Shown here: piece after piece, positions 28,768 to 41,464 of the stretch
Layout of the letters: every line of letters begins with the position of its first letter
Position numbering within the stretch: position 1 is the first letter of the stretch
Assembly (NCBI GenBank): GCA_964016885.1
Contig: OZ024751.1
Location: forward strand, 31,000,001-31,064,000
Direction: 5' to 3'
From: Eledone cirrhosa
Lineage: Eukaryota
Length of the DNA: 64,000 nucleotides
Program-made: the position numbers and the translations under genes
Notes under the pieces: model-generated
Told to the model about the DNA's origin: nothing
The model's input: only the letters and a program-made list of their open reading frames with translations
Databases searched by the model: none

Positions 28768-31700
28768 TTAAGTTGACACAGGCTGTCTCTTGTTAATTTC
28801 TGTTGGGGACCCTAGTTGATTTTCTTTATATAGCTGGTGACCTGTTTTGGTGTTTCCTTCAAACTTAAACAAGCCCTTGTTAGTTTCCATTAAGAGAATT
28901 GGACACATAGGTATTTCTTTGGGTGTGTATTCATTTCTGTACATTGTGCTACTATCTAAAGGAGCTGCTTCTGTCCTTTCATTCTTTGGTTTGAAGCTTT
29001 TTGTCTGTGGCATTGGATGCTCAATATAGTTTGCTTTGTGAGTCGAAATTCCTTTGAATGGCACATTGGATGGGGTATAGGAACTCTTTCTGGTAATTCT
29101 GACTGGACTAACATCAAATCGTTTGAAGTCTAAAGAGTAGCTGGTTTTACTATCAATGCTTCCTGACTGCCTGTGGCCTGTAGCTGGTCGAAAGGGAGTT
29201 GTTCGCTGGATTGGAAACTCCTTGTAAGTAAGTTTGTGTATAGTGTCATGTTCCATCTTTCCAGGAGGTTTCACATACTCACTCGGCTGGTGAAAACTAC
29301 GTTTCTCTGTTGGCCATTCACGAAAGTCATTTTTGAATGTTGTCATTCCTGGGAATGGCTCTTGTGAACACATCGGAACAATATTTGGTTTATAGCTGTG
29401 TGTGCGTGGAGCTGATTGACCTTGGAAGTCTTGTCTGAATGTAGTTAAACCATCTATAGGTACAGTTGGAAGGTTATATGTCTGTTTTTCCTTCAAAACC
29501 TTCGGTGGGAGTGAATACTCAACATAATCTTCTCTGTAGCCAGTTTTGTCTTCCAGTGGCATTTCTGATAAATTATTCACACTTTCTGGTTTCATACTCT
29601 TTCTTGGTGGTTCATAATTGTATTTAAAATCTCGAGTGAATGTTGACTGAGTAGTCAATTTCTCTGTTGGTGGAGTCCAACTTGACACTGGGGCATACGT
29701 TCTGGATGTGGAATGATCCCACTTCTTGTAATCAGCTAAAAAAAAAATATCAAAATATGTCCATATTATTACCTTTTTTTAACATTGTCAAAATTTGTTT
29801 ACATACAAACACTCTATGTTTTTGTCCTGTACTATCAAAATGATGTAAACCCTTTGTGGTTAATAAAGAAATAATTTTTATTATTAATAATAATAATAAA
29901 GAATGAATTATTATTATTGTTACTAGTAAAAACTCATTACTTTGCTGCCAAAATACACACAAACAACCAGAAAAATAACTATGCATTATCTATATATATA
30001 AAACTGAGGATGTCTGTCTGTGAGTTTGAATCCCTAAAACTCGAGAACCACCCAACCGACTGTTTTCAAACTTTACACATGTAATACTTATGTTTCAGGG
30101 TGTGTTCTGAGCAAAACAAATTTCAAATTTTCAATTCCCTAGGGACCGCATTAGGCGATTTAGCGATCTCTCTCTCTATAATTCTTAGTCTTTCTTTTTT
30201 TAGATAGATACATACATATAACGTCGCGCCCTTATAATATCTGTCTGTATGTCTGCATTACGTCCTTCCCTGAGGATGTCTGTGTGTGTGTGTGTGTGTG
30301 TGTGAGTTTGAATCCCTAAAACTCGAGAAGTACCCAACCGACTTTTTTCAAACTTTACATGTGTATTACTTATGTTTCAGAGAGTGTTATGCACATAAAA
30401 AATTCAACTTTTTGATCCCTTAGGTGAAAAACTGCGTTTTTTTCAGCTTTTTAGAGTTGTTTTGAGGCGTTACGTCAGACCGATTTCCTTTAAATCCTAA
30501 CTATGTATTAGTCAGTCTCTTCTTCATACTGTGAGCAAAGAAAATCCAACTTTTTATGTCTAGGGCCTGCATTAGGTGAAAAACCTCATTTTTTCAGCTT
30601 TTTAGGGCTTTTTTGAGGCGTTACGTCTAGCCGATTTTCACGAAATTTCAAGGCATATTATGCACATAAAAAATTCATTAAAGATTATCCAGCCATCAGA
30701 GTATTCGGTTTATTTTCTTTACATATTGTCCAGGCATGCAGTTTTTCCACGATTAGGTCTGTTGGCGGCCCGCGTTCCAAAATAGCTTATCCCGTGCAAT
30801 GCCGGGTACCACTGCTAGTATATATATATATATCACTGTGAAGACAGTGTGTGAAAGATAGATAGTTTAAAGTGTAATTCAACAATATGGTGACATAATA
30901 ATAACAAATTGACATATTTCAATATCTCTCTTTCTTTCACATTCTCTCTCAACAACATTTGTCATCACAGTCCATCATTATCATTCTGACGTCATAAACG
31001 ATCCTCTTCTCTTTCATACACACACTCTCTCTCTCTTAACAACAGACAACAACAACTTTTCACTCCTTCTCTTTTCCCCCTCCTACATATATGCTGTGAC
31101 AGACAGACAGATGGCGAAACAGCTTCTCTTTTATAATATAGATTATTATTATTTTTAATATCAATTATCATCGTCAGCATCATAGTCATTTAACGTCTGC
31201 ATTTTATCACACCACCAACACCAAGAAATATGTTATGACCTTGGCATAGCTGACAAGTCTTCTTGGCCCTTTGTTTGGTAGATTTTCTATGGCTGGATGT
31301 CCTTCCTATCACCAACCACTTTACAGTGTGTACTGTGTGTTTTAACATGGTACCAACACTAAGGAAGTTCTCATATCCTTGCCATAGCTGAAGAGTCTTC
31401 CTGGCCCTTTTTTTGGCAGGTTTTCTACAGTTGGATGCCCTTCCTATCGCCAATCACTTTACAGAAGTGTATTGGCTGATTGTTGTTATTATTGATTTTA
31501 ATGTTTAGTAATAAAGAAATAATTATTAAAAATTAAGAAAGAAATATTTGTAATGCTTAGTTTAGGCTTTACCTCACATGATAATATCAAATCTATGAGA
31601 TTTTGGTGTTATTTATTTTGAGAACAATACCTTAACATAAGTATGAGCAGCTGGTTTGAACAGAAAGAGGTGAGAGAATTCTGACCAGATACAGCTGGTT

Positions 31701-32769
31701 TCAATGCTAAAGGGTTAAATATGGTGACACTAACAACTTCTTACCTCTGTATGTTGGTTCACCAACAAATTTTCCCAGATTAACAGAAAGTGTATTATGT
31801 CGTATAGGTTGAGCTGGAGCAGACTGTCTCCCTGAACAGAAAGAAAAATACATCTATGTTGAAGAAGGTGTAGTTGAGAGACATGTTTAAATACTGAGGG
31901 GTGTCACAGCTAAGACAACAGATCACACACTGGCATAGAAACCAAGGGTTCAATGGTTTGTGTATGCATAAACCATATCGAGATACAATATATATATATA
32001 TATATATATATAAGTAGCAAACGAGCCAGTCATTGCCGGCACACCATTCACCACTGTAAATAAAGACCCTCCCCTCCCTCATTCCTCAACATTGTGGTTT
32101 TCAAATGGCCCCAGACCATGCTTTAGGGGAGAGCAAGATTTAAACTATATGTTGACATGCTCCGGGAGCTAAACAACCTATGTATCAAATTTGAACGAAA
32201 TCGGATGGAAACTGTGGAAATGTATAGACTGCATACACAGACAGATGTTTAGCTCTGATTTATCTGAATTATTGAGCCCTCTGCCGCTCATATCGAATTT
32301 TGTTTATCGTGAACTCGTGCGCCGATTTTTCGATACTCGATTATTCTACTATATATATATATATATATATATATTAAAATATAAGTATTAATAAAATAGA
32401 TGTTCATTTGATCAATTACATTTTATTATACATATTTCGGATGTACAACAGTACGTCCTCATCAGACAAAATATAATGATACATGACATACCCTGAGATG
32501 TTAAATGGTTAATCACTACCTTGATTAAATCTTAACCATTTAACATCTCAGGGTATGTCATGTATCATTATATTTTGTCTGATGAGGACGTACTGTTGTA
32601 CATCCGAAATATGTATAATAAAATGTAATTGATCAAATGAACATCTATTTTATTAATATTTATATTTTAATATTAATAACTCCTGAAAATTATTTTCCAT
32701 TGAGTGCTTCCAATCTACTGTAAAACTCATTGTTTGACATAATCATCGAATATTGTTTAACAACTTAAT

Positions 32770-32806
<37 letters not shown>

Positions 32807-32993
32807 AGCAGGGACAAGGTATAAATATAACTTCATTATGTTTATTCACACAAAATGCACATTTCACGATCAATCAAAATTCGGGTCCGGCTACTTTGAG
32901 CGTCAAAGTAGCCGGACCCGAATTTTAGCATTGAGTGGTCAAACTGGTGAACCATCAGTAACTAAACATTACACACTAATACACTATATATAT

Positions 32994-33043
<50 letters not shown>

Positions 33044-34594
33044 ATGTATATATTATATATATATGTGTATGTATATATTATATATATATGTGTATGTATA
33101 TCATCATCATCATCATCATCATCATCAGGTTTAGCGTCCGTGTTCCACGCTTGCATGGGTTTGGACGGGGGTTTTCCCACTTGAGGCAAGAGTGGTTGTC
33201 TTGCTCGCATAGGACTGTCTGGCGGGTTTTCTACAGTTGGATGCCCTTCCTAACACCAACCACATTTACAGTGTGGGGCTGGGAGGTTTTTACCGTATAT
33301 ATTATATATATATTTTACCGTATATATTATATATATATGTGTATGTATATATTATATATATATGTGTATGTATATATTATATATATATGTGTATGTATAT
33401 ATTATATGATATATATGTATATATTATATGATATATATGTATGTATATATTATATGATATATATGTATGTATGTATGTATATATTATAGTATATATATAT
33501 GTATGTATGTATATATTATAGTATATATGTATGTATATATTATAGTATGTATGTATGTATGTATATATTATAGTATATATGTATGTATGTATATATTATA
33601 TGATATATATATGTATGTATGTATATATTATATGATATATATATATATACAGGGTGCGGACGATATTTGTTCGCAAGATTACTGTCTAGGAAAAAATAAC
33701 ACAGTAGTTTTATTTTTTAAGATATATTTATCAAACTTGGGTCAGTTTGTCTCCATGACTTGTTCTTTCGATCTCACTCGATAAACCCACCATTGGCTTT
33801 GATAACGGCTTCAAGGCGGCCTCGGAACCGGCTACAGGCCTTCGTTACTGTCCCCCGACTTAGGCCCCTAAGTCACTTGTGATCCTGGCCTTCAGATCGT
33901 TTTTCGTATTGCAGCTAGATCTGTTGGTGTCTCGTTCCACTGCGCCCCACACAAAGAAGTCGGGGTTGCAGTCAGGAGAGCTGGGAGGCCAGATGTCAGG
34001 TGAAGTGTGGTCGACAAAGTTCTGTGACAGCCAGATTTGGGTCGTTCGGCTGGTATGACAGGGCGCTGAGTCTTGCTGCCACACGTACGGCCTACCTGCA
34101 ACTACCTGGTCGATCCAGGGCTTTACTACCTCACTCAGAACGCGGATGTAGCCATCGGTGTTCAGCTTGAGGCCCTCAGGGAAGAAGTGAGGTGGCATGA
34201 CATAACCTTGACTGCTGACGACACCTAAGACCAATGTTGTCGCTGGAAACTTTGTCTGCATGACTCTGGGCACGTCTTTGGATGAGACAGCGAGCCACCT
34301 GTTGTTCTGGGAGTTGATCTTCGGGTCCTTATTTGTCCTCCTGGCGCAGATTCCAAGAAGAACTCTGTGTCTCTTCCACAAATTTTGAGGTTCAAAATTA
34401 TTCATAATCAATTATTCTGAAAATAAATAATGGAAATATAGTCACTGTTTTTATGAAGACAAGAGTGACAACGGAAGTAAAAAAAAATTTGCATAAAATT
34501 AGCAGTTGAAAATTGCGAACAAATATCGTCCTCACCCTGTATGTATGTATATATTATATGATATATATATATATATGTATGTATTTATTATATG

Positions 34595-34626
<32 letters not shown>

Positions 34627-37600
34627 CATCATTATCATCGTCGCTAGCATCATCTTCCACGCTAGTATTGGTTTAGACGGGAATTGTCCCACGTGAGGCA
34701 AGATTGGTAGTCTTGCTCGCATAGGACTGTCTGGCGGGTTTTCTACGGCTGGATGCCCTTCCTAACACCAACCACATTTACAGTGTGGACTGGGAGGTTT
34801 TTACCGTGTTATCTACGCGGCCACATTACAGCGTGGACTGTGTGTTTTTTTTCTTGTGACACCTACACGACCTCATTTATTTAGGACTGAATGTTGTGGC
34901 ACCAACATAACTTTACAGAGAAAGGGGTGGTGTAGATAGGGTGGGGGTAGGGGTAGTGGAATGGGGGTGTATTTTTTGTTAGAAGGTGCGTACTGACTGT
35001 ACGTTTCGCTTTGTACTTAGGCAAGGCGGGTCTTCTGTATTACTGTGTAGCGCCAAAGATCTCAGTCCAGTGACATTGTCTTGGAGAGGTGTAAGTGTGT
35101 AAGGTCAGAATTTATCAAATCGTCCCAAGTTTTTCTGGGCTGCCTACCCTTTCATTTTTAGGGAGAAACCTTTAGCTCTCTGCACTTTTTCCCTCCCGTT
35201 CTGACTCTAGCTACTGTATTTTCAGAGCACCCTCCACCACTGCTGATTTTGTCACCCAGGTAACGGAAGGTGTTCACTATTTCTATAGAACCATCTGGGC
35301 AATGGAAGGAGCTAGTATCCTGTGGGCACTTGCTACTACTTATTGCACCTGAGCACCGGCCACATATAAAATCTATGTTCTTAGTTAGTTTACCTGTGAT
35401 CCCACTACATATTTTATGTACTCATACTTTGCATTTGGGACATAAAATGGAGTTTCTGCCTACACACTGAGCATGGCCATTTCCCAGAGGGGACCAGTGC
35501 CCTATTTTCCTTCCTACATACTAGAACTTTAGTCTTAGACAAGTTAATTTTAAAACCTTTTGATTCTAGGCCATGCTTCCAAGTTTGCAATTTCTTCTCT
35601 AGTTCAGCCATTGATTCAGCTATGAGCGTTAGATCATCTGCATATAGGAGTTCCCATGGGCAGCCGGTCTTGAACTCCTCTGTTATAGCCTGAAGGGCAA
35701 TAATAAATAGGAGGGGGATAAGGACAGAGCCCTGATGAACACCGACTTTTACGCTAAATTCTTCACTATATTCGTTGTTAATTCTAACCTTGCTGACTGT
35801 TTCTTTATACATAGCTTGTATAGCTTTCACGAGCCATTCATCAACACCTAGTTTTATAAGAGCCCACCAGATAATGAAGCGGGGAAGTCAACAAAAGCTA
35901 AATATAGGGGTTTACTTTTAACTATGTACTTCTCCTGTAGTTGTCGTACAAGGAAAAGAGCATCTGTGGTACTTTTACCTGACACAAACGCAAACTGCAT
36001 TTCATCTAGATCAATATGATATGAAGGCGCATGGCTTAGTAGTTAGAGCAGTAGGCTTGCAATCGAAAGGTTGTGTGTTCAATTCTCGGACGGGGTGATG
36101 TGTTGTTTCCTTGAGCAAGACACTTTATTTCACATTGCTCCAGTTTACTCAGCTGAAAATGAGTACCAACAATAGCTGGAGGTTTAACCCTGCGATGGAC
36201 TGGCGTCCTGTCCAGGGGAGAGTTTTGTACTCTCAGTCACTTCAGGCCATGAAACCGGGATAAGCACCGGCCAAATGAGCCTTCTGGCTTAAGACAGATT
36301 TTAGACTTATGGCCTGCCCGCCCAGCCAGTGGGATGGCGTCATCTTATGGCTAAAACAGCACATGCTGTGACCAGTGGCGCCGAAGGTACCCGACAGACT
36401 GGTCGGTCAAGGTGGTCAAGGTGATATTATATGATATTGGCAGTATCGGTAGAGGGTCGGACGCCATGCTTTGCAGCATAGAGTTACGGCCCTTTATGGT
36501 CTGAGTTCAAATCCCTCCGACGTTAATTTTGCCTTTCATCCTTACGGGGTTGATAAAATAAAGTACCAGTAATGTACTGGGTAATTGCTGGCCTTGTGCC
36601 AAAAGTAGAAACAATTATATTATATATATATATCAATATAATATATATATTTATGTATATATTATATAATTGTTTCTACTTTTGGCACAAGGCCAGCAAT
36701 TACCCAGTGCATTACTGGTACTTTATTTTATCAACCCCGTAAGGATGAAAGGCAAAATTAACGTCGGAGGGATTTGAACTCAGACCATAAAGGGCCGTAA
36801 CTCTATGCGTCAAAGCATGGTGTCCGACCCTCTACCGATACTGCCAATCCACCGTATATATTATATAATATATATATGTATGTATATATTATATATATCA
36901 TCATACATCTGCTTTTCCCTGCTTGCAAGGGTGGGACGGGTCTTATTAAGCACGGCATCTCTCCATAGGAAGATCAAAGAAAACACGTGAAAAAGCTCAT
37001 AAGAGAGACGATTAAGGTGCAGGATTGATAAGACATCACCTTAAGTAATTAAAATTTGATATTAATTAATATTCTCTACCTGTAAAATTTGACTTATAGC
37101 AAGTAACATTATCCATTGTTCCTGGTGGCTTTTTCCAAACCTCTGGAGGTCGAACCCATGGCTTTTCAAGCTGGTGTGGCTGATAATCTTCTCTACAGGA
37201 AATAATTAAAATGGTCAAAGGTAAAAATTGAAAATTTTAGTCCCACCTGTCCCATATTTTGACTCCTTCTATTCCAAATTTTAACGCTACTTGTCCCACA
37301 TTTTAACCCTACCTTATCACATTTTCACTCCATCTACCCCAATTTTAACCCCACTTGCACAAATTTTATTCCCAACTGACCTAAATTTTAACCATATCTA
37401 CCTACATTTATCCCCACCTGTCCCAAATTTTAACCCCATCTGCCCCACCATCATCATCAACAGCTGTTGCAGCATTAAATGTCCATTTTCCCCTGCTAGC
37501 AAGTAAGTGTTGAATAGGTCATACATTTTGTTTGGAAAGTTTTCTACAGTTGGATGTCCTTCCTATCACCAACCATTATATATTTCTAGAGAAGGCACAT

Positions 37601-39794
37601 GGCTTAATGGTTAGAGTGTTGGGCTCACAATCATGAAGTTGTGAGTTCAATTCCCAGACCAGGCAATGCCTTGTGTCCTTGAGGAAGACACTTTATTTCA
37701 CATTGCTCATGGAGCTCAGCTTTAGAAATGAGCTGTGAAGTCACATATAGTGTCTATAAAGTGTGTATATAGCTGCAATGTCACTAATGCCAAGCTACAT
37801 TGGCCTTTGTTTATAGTGTATATATACTGTATATACAGTGTGTATATATACTGTATATACAGTGTGTATATATACTGTATATACAGTGTGTATATATACT
37901 GTATATACAGTGTGTATATAGTCACGACGTCTCTTGTGCCAAGCTGTATCGGCCTGCTGGTCTTCCATAAAAACACATTGCCCAGGCTTGAGTTTTGGAT
38001 GGGAATTTCCAAGGGAAAAAAACAATGGACATTCATGAAGTGAGGGGGGGTATCTAGGTAATTCCTAATCTAATAAACTGTCTTTAAATTTCAACATTGA
38101 TGATGTATATATATATAAATGATATATAATGCATATATTTTATATAATGTATATATAACATTGATAATGAATATATAATATATATAATTGTTTCTACTTT
38201 GGGCACAAGGCCAGCAATTACCCAGTGCATTACTGGTACTTTATTTTATCAACCCCGTAAGGATGAAAGGCAAAGTCAACCTCGGCGGGATTTGAACTCA
38301 GACCATAAAGGGACGTAACTATGCTGGAAAGCATGGCGTCCGACCCTCTACTGATACTGCCAATTCACCATGGTATATAATGTATATACAACATTGATAA
38401 TGTATACATAATATATATAATGTATAACATTGATTATATATAAATATATAGTACATAATCATGATTCTTCAGTGATTACAACTCTAATTAGAGTTATTGT
38501 AATTATGAACCATAACATTTAAATCATGATACCTTTGTATAGTTTTCTTCTCCATTATCCCATCTGGCAGTGCAGTATGCTTTGGACGAAATGATTCAAT
38601 TTTACTAAGTTCATGTTCTTTATACTTGGCACCATATTCTGTTATTTGCTCTCTTTTTTCTCCTGGTTTTTTCATGAAATTGCTGTCCTGGTGTTTGCAA
38701 TAATGTCGCCTGCATGCAAAAACAAAACAAAAAAAGAATAGAAGTCATCGTGGGAACTTCTATCAGTCGCGTAGGTAGGGGCATCGAGCCCCCACCCTCG
38801 ATAAACACTTTTATGAGGGTGGTACTTTTGGGGCTGTTGTGTAAGCCTGGTACACAAACTAGTTAATATATATATATAAATAAATGTAACCTGAGTTTTT
38901 CAAATATTAATAATAATATTTGATTCGTTTGCAATTATGCAAACGGCCTCTTTAAGCCATGTCAGTAGAATGACACTGTCATTCTTGCTCTTGTGTTGGC
39001 ATATAAACAGAACAGCAGACACTGATGTTTCTGGGTGATTACCCTTCATCAGTACCATATACTGCTTACCTCCCAACTGTCAGAATGAGTGAAAATATAT
39101 ATTTTTTTTAAATATACAGTGACTGATCAGCCTGATTTGCATATTAGCAGACCCCCTGATCAACCAGATTTGCATATCAGTAGATAGGCCAGCCAGTTTC
39201 ATATATACAAGTGATTAATGGCCAACTTTGCCATATTCAAATAACTAAGAAATAGTTTTATCACTCTATATAACTGAATACAATAAATGTAATCTAAGTT
39301 TTTCGAATATTAATAATAATATTCGATTCATTTGCAATTATGCAAACAGCCTCTTTAAGCCATGTCAGTAGAATAACCCTGCCATTCTTGCTCTTGTGTT
39401 AGCACTCCAAGCCATGTCTTTCTACTGACATGGCCTAAAGAGGCTGTTTGCATATTTGCAAATGAATTGAATATTATTAATATACGAAAAATTCAGATTA
39501 CATTTATTGTATTCAGCCATGTAGAGCAATAAAACTATTTGATAGTTATATATATATATATATCATCATCACCGTTTCACACCCATTTTTCCAAGCTAGC
39601 ATGGGTTAGACGGGTTGTCCTGTTGTGGGCAATGCCAGGTCAGGTGACCAGAGAGAGAGAAGGGGAGAGAGGTGTATAATTAGCACTGCAGTTAGGATTA
39701 TACCTATCTCTATACCTACTCTGCATCTCGTCATGCATTGAGTACTTCCATGATTTGTGGTCTCTTTTGTCTCAGCACTGCATACTCCCCCCCC

Positions 39795-39830
<36 letters not shown>

Positions 39831-41425
39831 GTATGTATATATATGAACTAGCCATTGAAACAGCAGGAGCTCAAAAAAGACAGTTACTTTAGTCCATCCC
39901 TATTTATTTTATTATACGTATTTCGAAGATGTATGGCTTGTGTATAACATAAGTTAAAATATGTTCTCTTCAGATAAAATCCACAGAACATGGAGATATC
40001 ATTTGATATACAGGCAGCAGACAAGCTATTCAGTTCAGTGGCCGGCAATCATACGCCTAGAAAAAACCTCCACACAGAAGATATTGTATGAGTGAGGGAA
40101 ATATTACAGTTGGCGTTGACGTTTTTGAACTGGCTAGGGTATGAGGTTACCGGATTAGTCAAACAGACAGATTTCTTTATTTGCCACAAGAGCGCACAAG
40201 AAAAGGGGACAATACAAAGACATGCCGGGCATTTTACATACAGTCGTGTAAAAAATATAAAACAAACAATTATAACAATCGAAATCCCCAATAGGGGGGA
40301 AGCGTCACAAATGGGTTGTTTAATAACCCGTCGATAGAACAACCTTCAACTTTAGGAGCGTGTTGTGCAAGTGGTCCTTTCTTCCTTTTGCTCTCTTCTT
40401 TAACCTACAGGCTTATAAACAGAGAAGGCCCAATCACAAAAGAAAACAAGTATGGATTGTTAGTCTATTTATTTATCACTTATGTTAGATGAAATTAGAT
40501 ACTATATCGAAATTTTAGATATTTATTCAAAGATGCTGAAGTTATAATGTAACTATATATTAAAGAAAATTTAAATTACTAATTTCATAGTCAATTTATG
40601 TTTGTTTATATTTACAATTGTATTTTAGTAGATACTAGCAGAATGGCCCGGCGTTGCTAGGGATTTGCTCTAGGGTTCTTATATATTTGATATATATTTA
40701 TCCTTATCGAGCCTCGTGAAATAAATACGTTTGTTTATATTTTGTTATTGTGTATGCAAAAATATCTGTACACGAATATATCATTTTATATATGTATATA
40801 TATAATTATATATTCGTGTACAGATATTTTTGCATACACAATAACAAAATATAAATAGTTTTATTACATTTTGAAGAGTTTTTTTCGGAATGTTTTTTAA
40901 CTGCTGTTTCCTGTAAACAGACATTCGTCTCATTCTGACGTCACCAGCCATGTCTCTCCATGTGCGTTTATTTTCATAATTACGCATGAGGCGAATTAGC
41001 CTGCTTTTAAATTCCCTTTTTGGCAATTTCTAACAGTGATATAAGGGTTATCGTGTTTGAGCTCTACTGATGAACGACTCCAACCGTGACCATCCCCACT
41101 GAAAGTTTCGTGAAATAGTATTAAGACTATATAGAGCAATTTCTATACTTTCATTTATATATAAACATATATATAACAGATTAAAGTTTAAGCAAATAAT
41201 CACTGCTTTCACCCTTAACGGGATCTGAAACTAAAAAAAATCAATCTGTGGACGCAGAAGGAAATATTTCGAAAAACGTTACACACACTATATATATATA
41301 TATATATGTGAATATAGACATAGAATATTCGAAAATATTCTGTATGTTTATAATAAACATTTTGAAGACCTAATCGCTAATGTCTATATTCACATATATA
41401 TCGCTATTTCAGAGCATTTATTCCA

Positions 41426-41464
<39 letters not shown>

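Larger units (their letters stand above)
32371..32770. mobile_element. Palindromic hammerhead-bearing element, copy 2
   Basis: Near-perfect inverted arms of ~140 bp spanning 32371-32673, loop ~19 nt, extension TATTAATAACTCCTGAAAA...CTACTGTAAAACT; (TA)n on both sides. Confidence 0.72.

Noticed and set aside
33860-34411. 183-aa ORF as a functional transposase
   Set aside because: Lacks most of the DNA-binding region and the first catalytic Asp.
41060-41105. CTGATGA...GAAA hammerhead-like spacing
   Set aside because: No pairable stem II or stem III/UH site.
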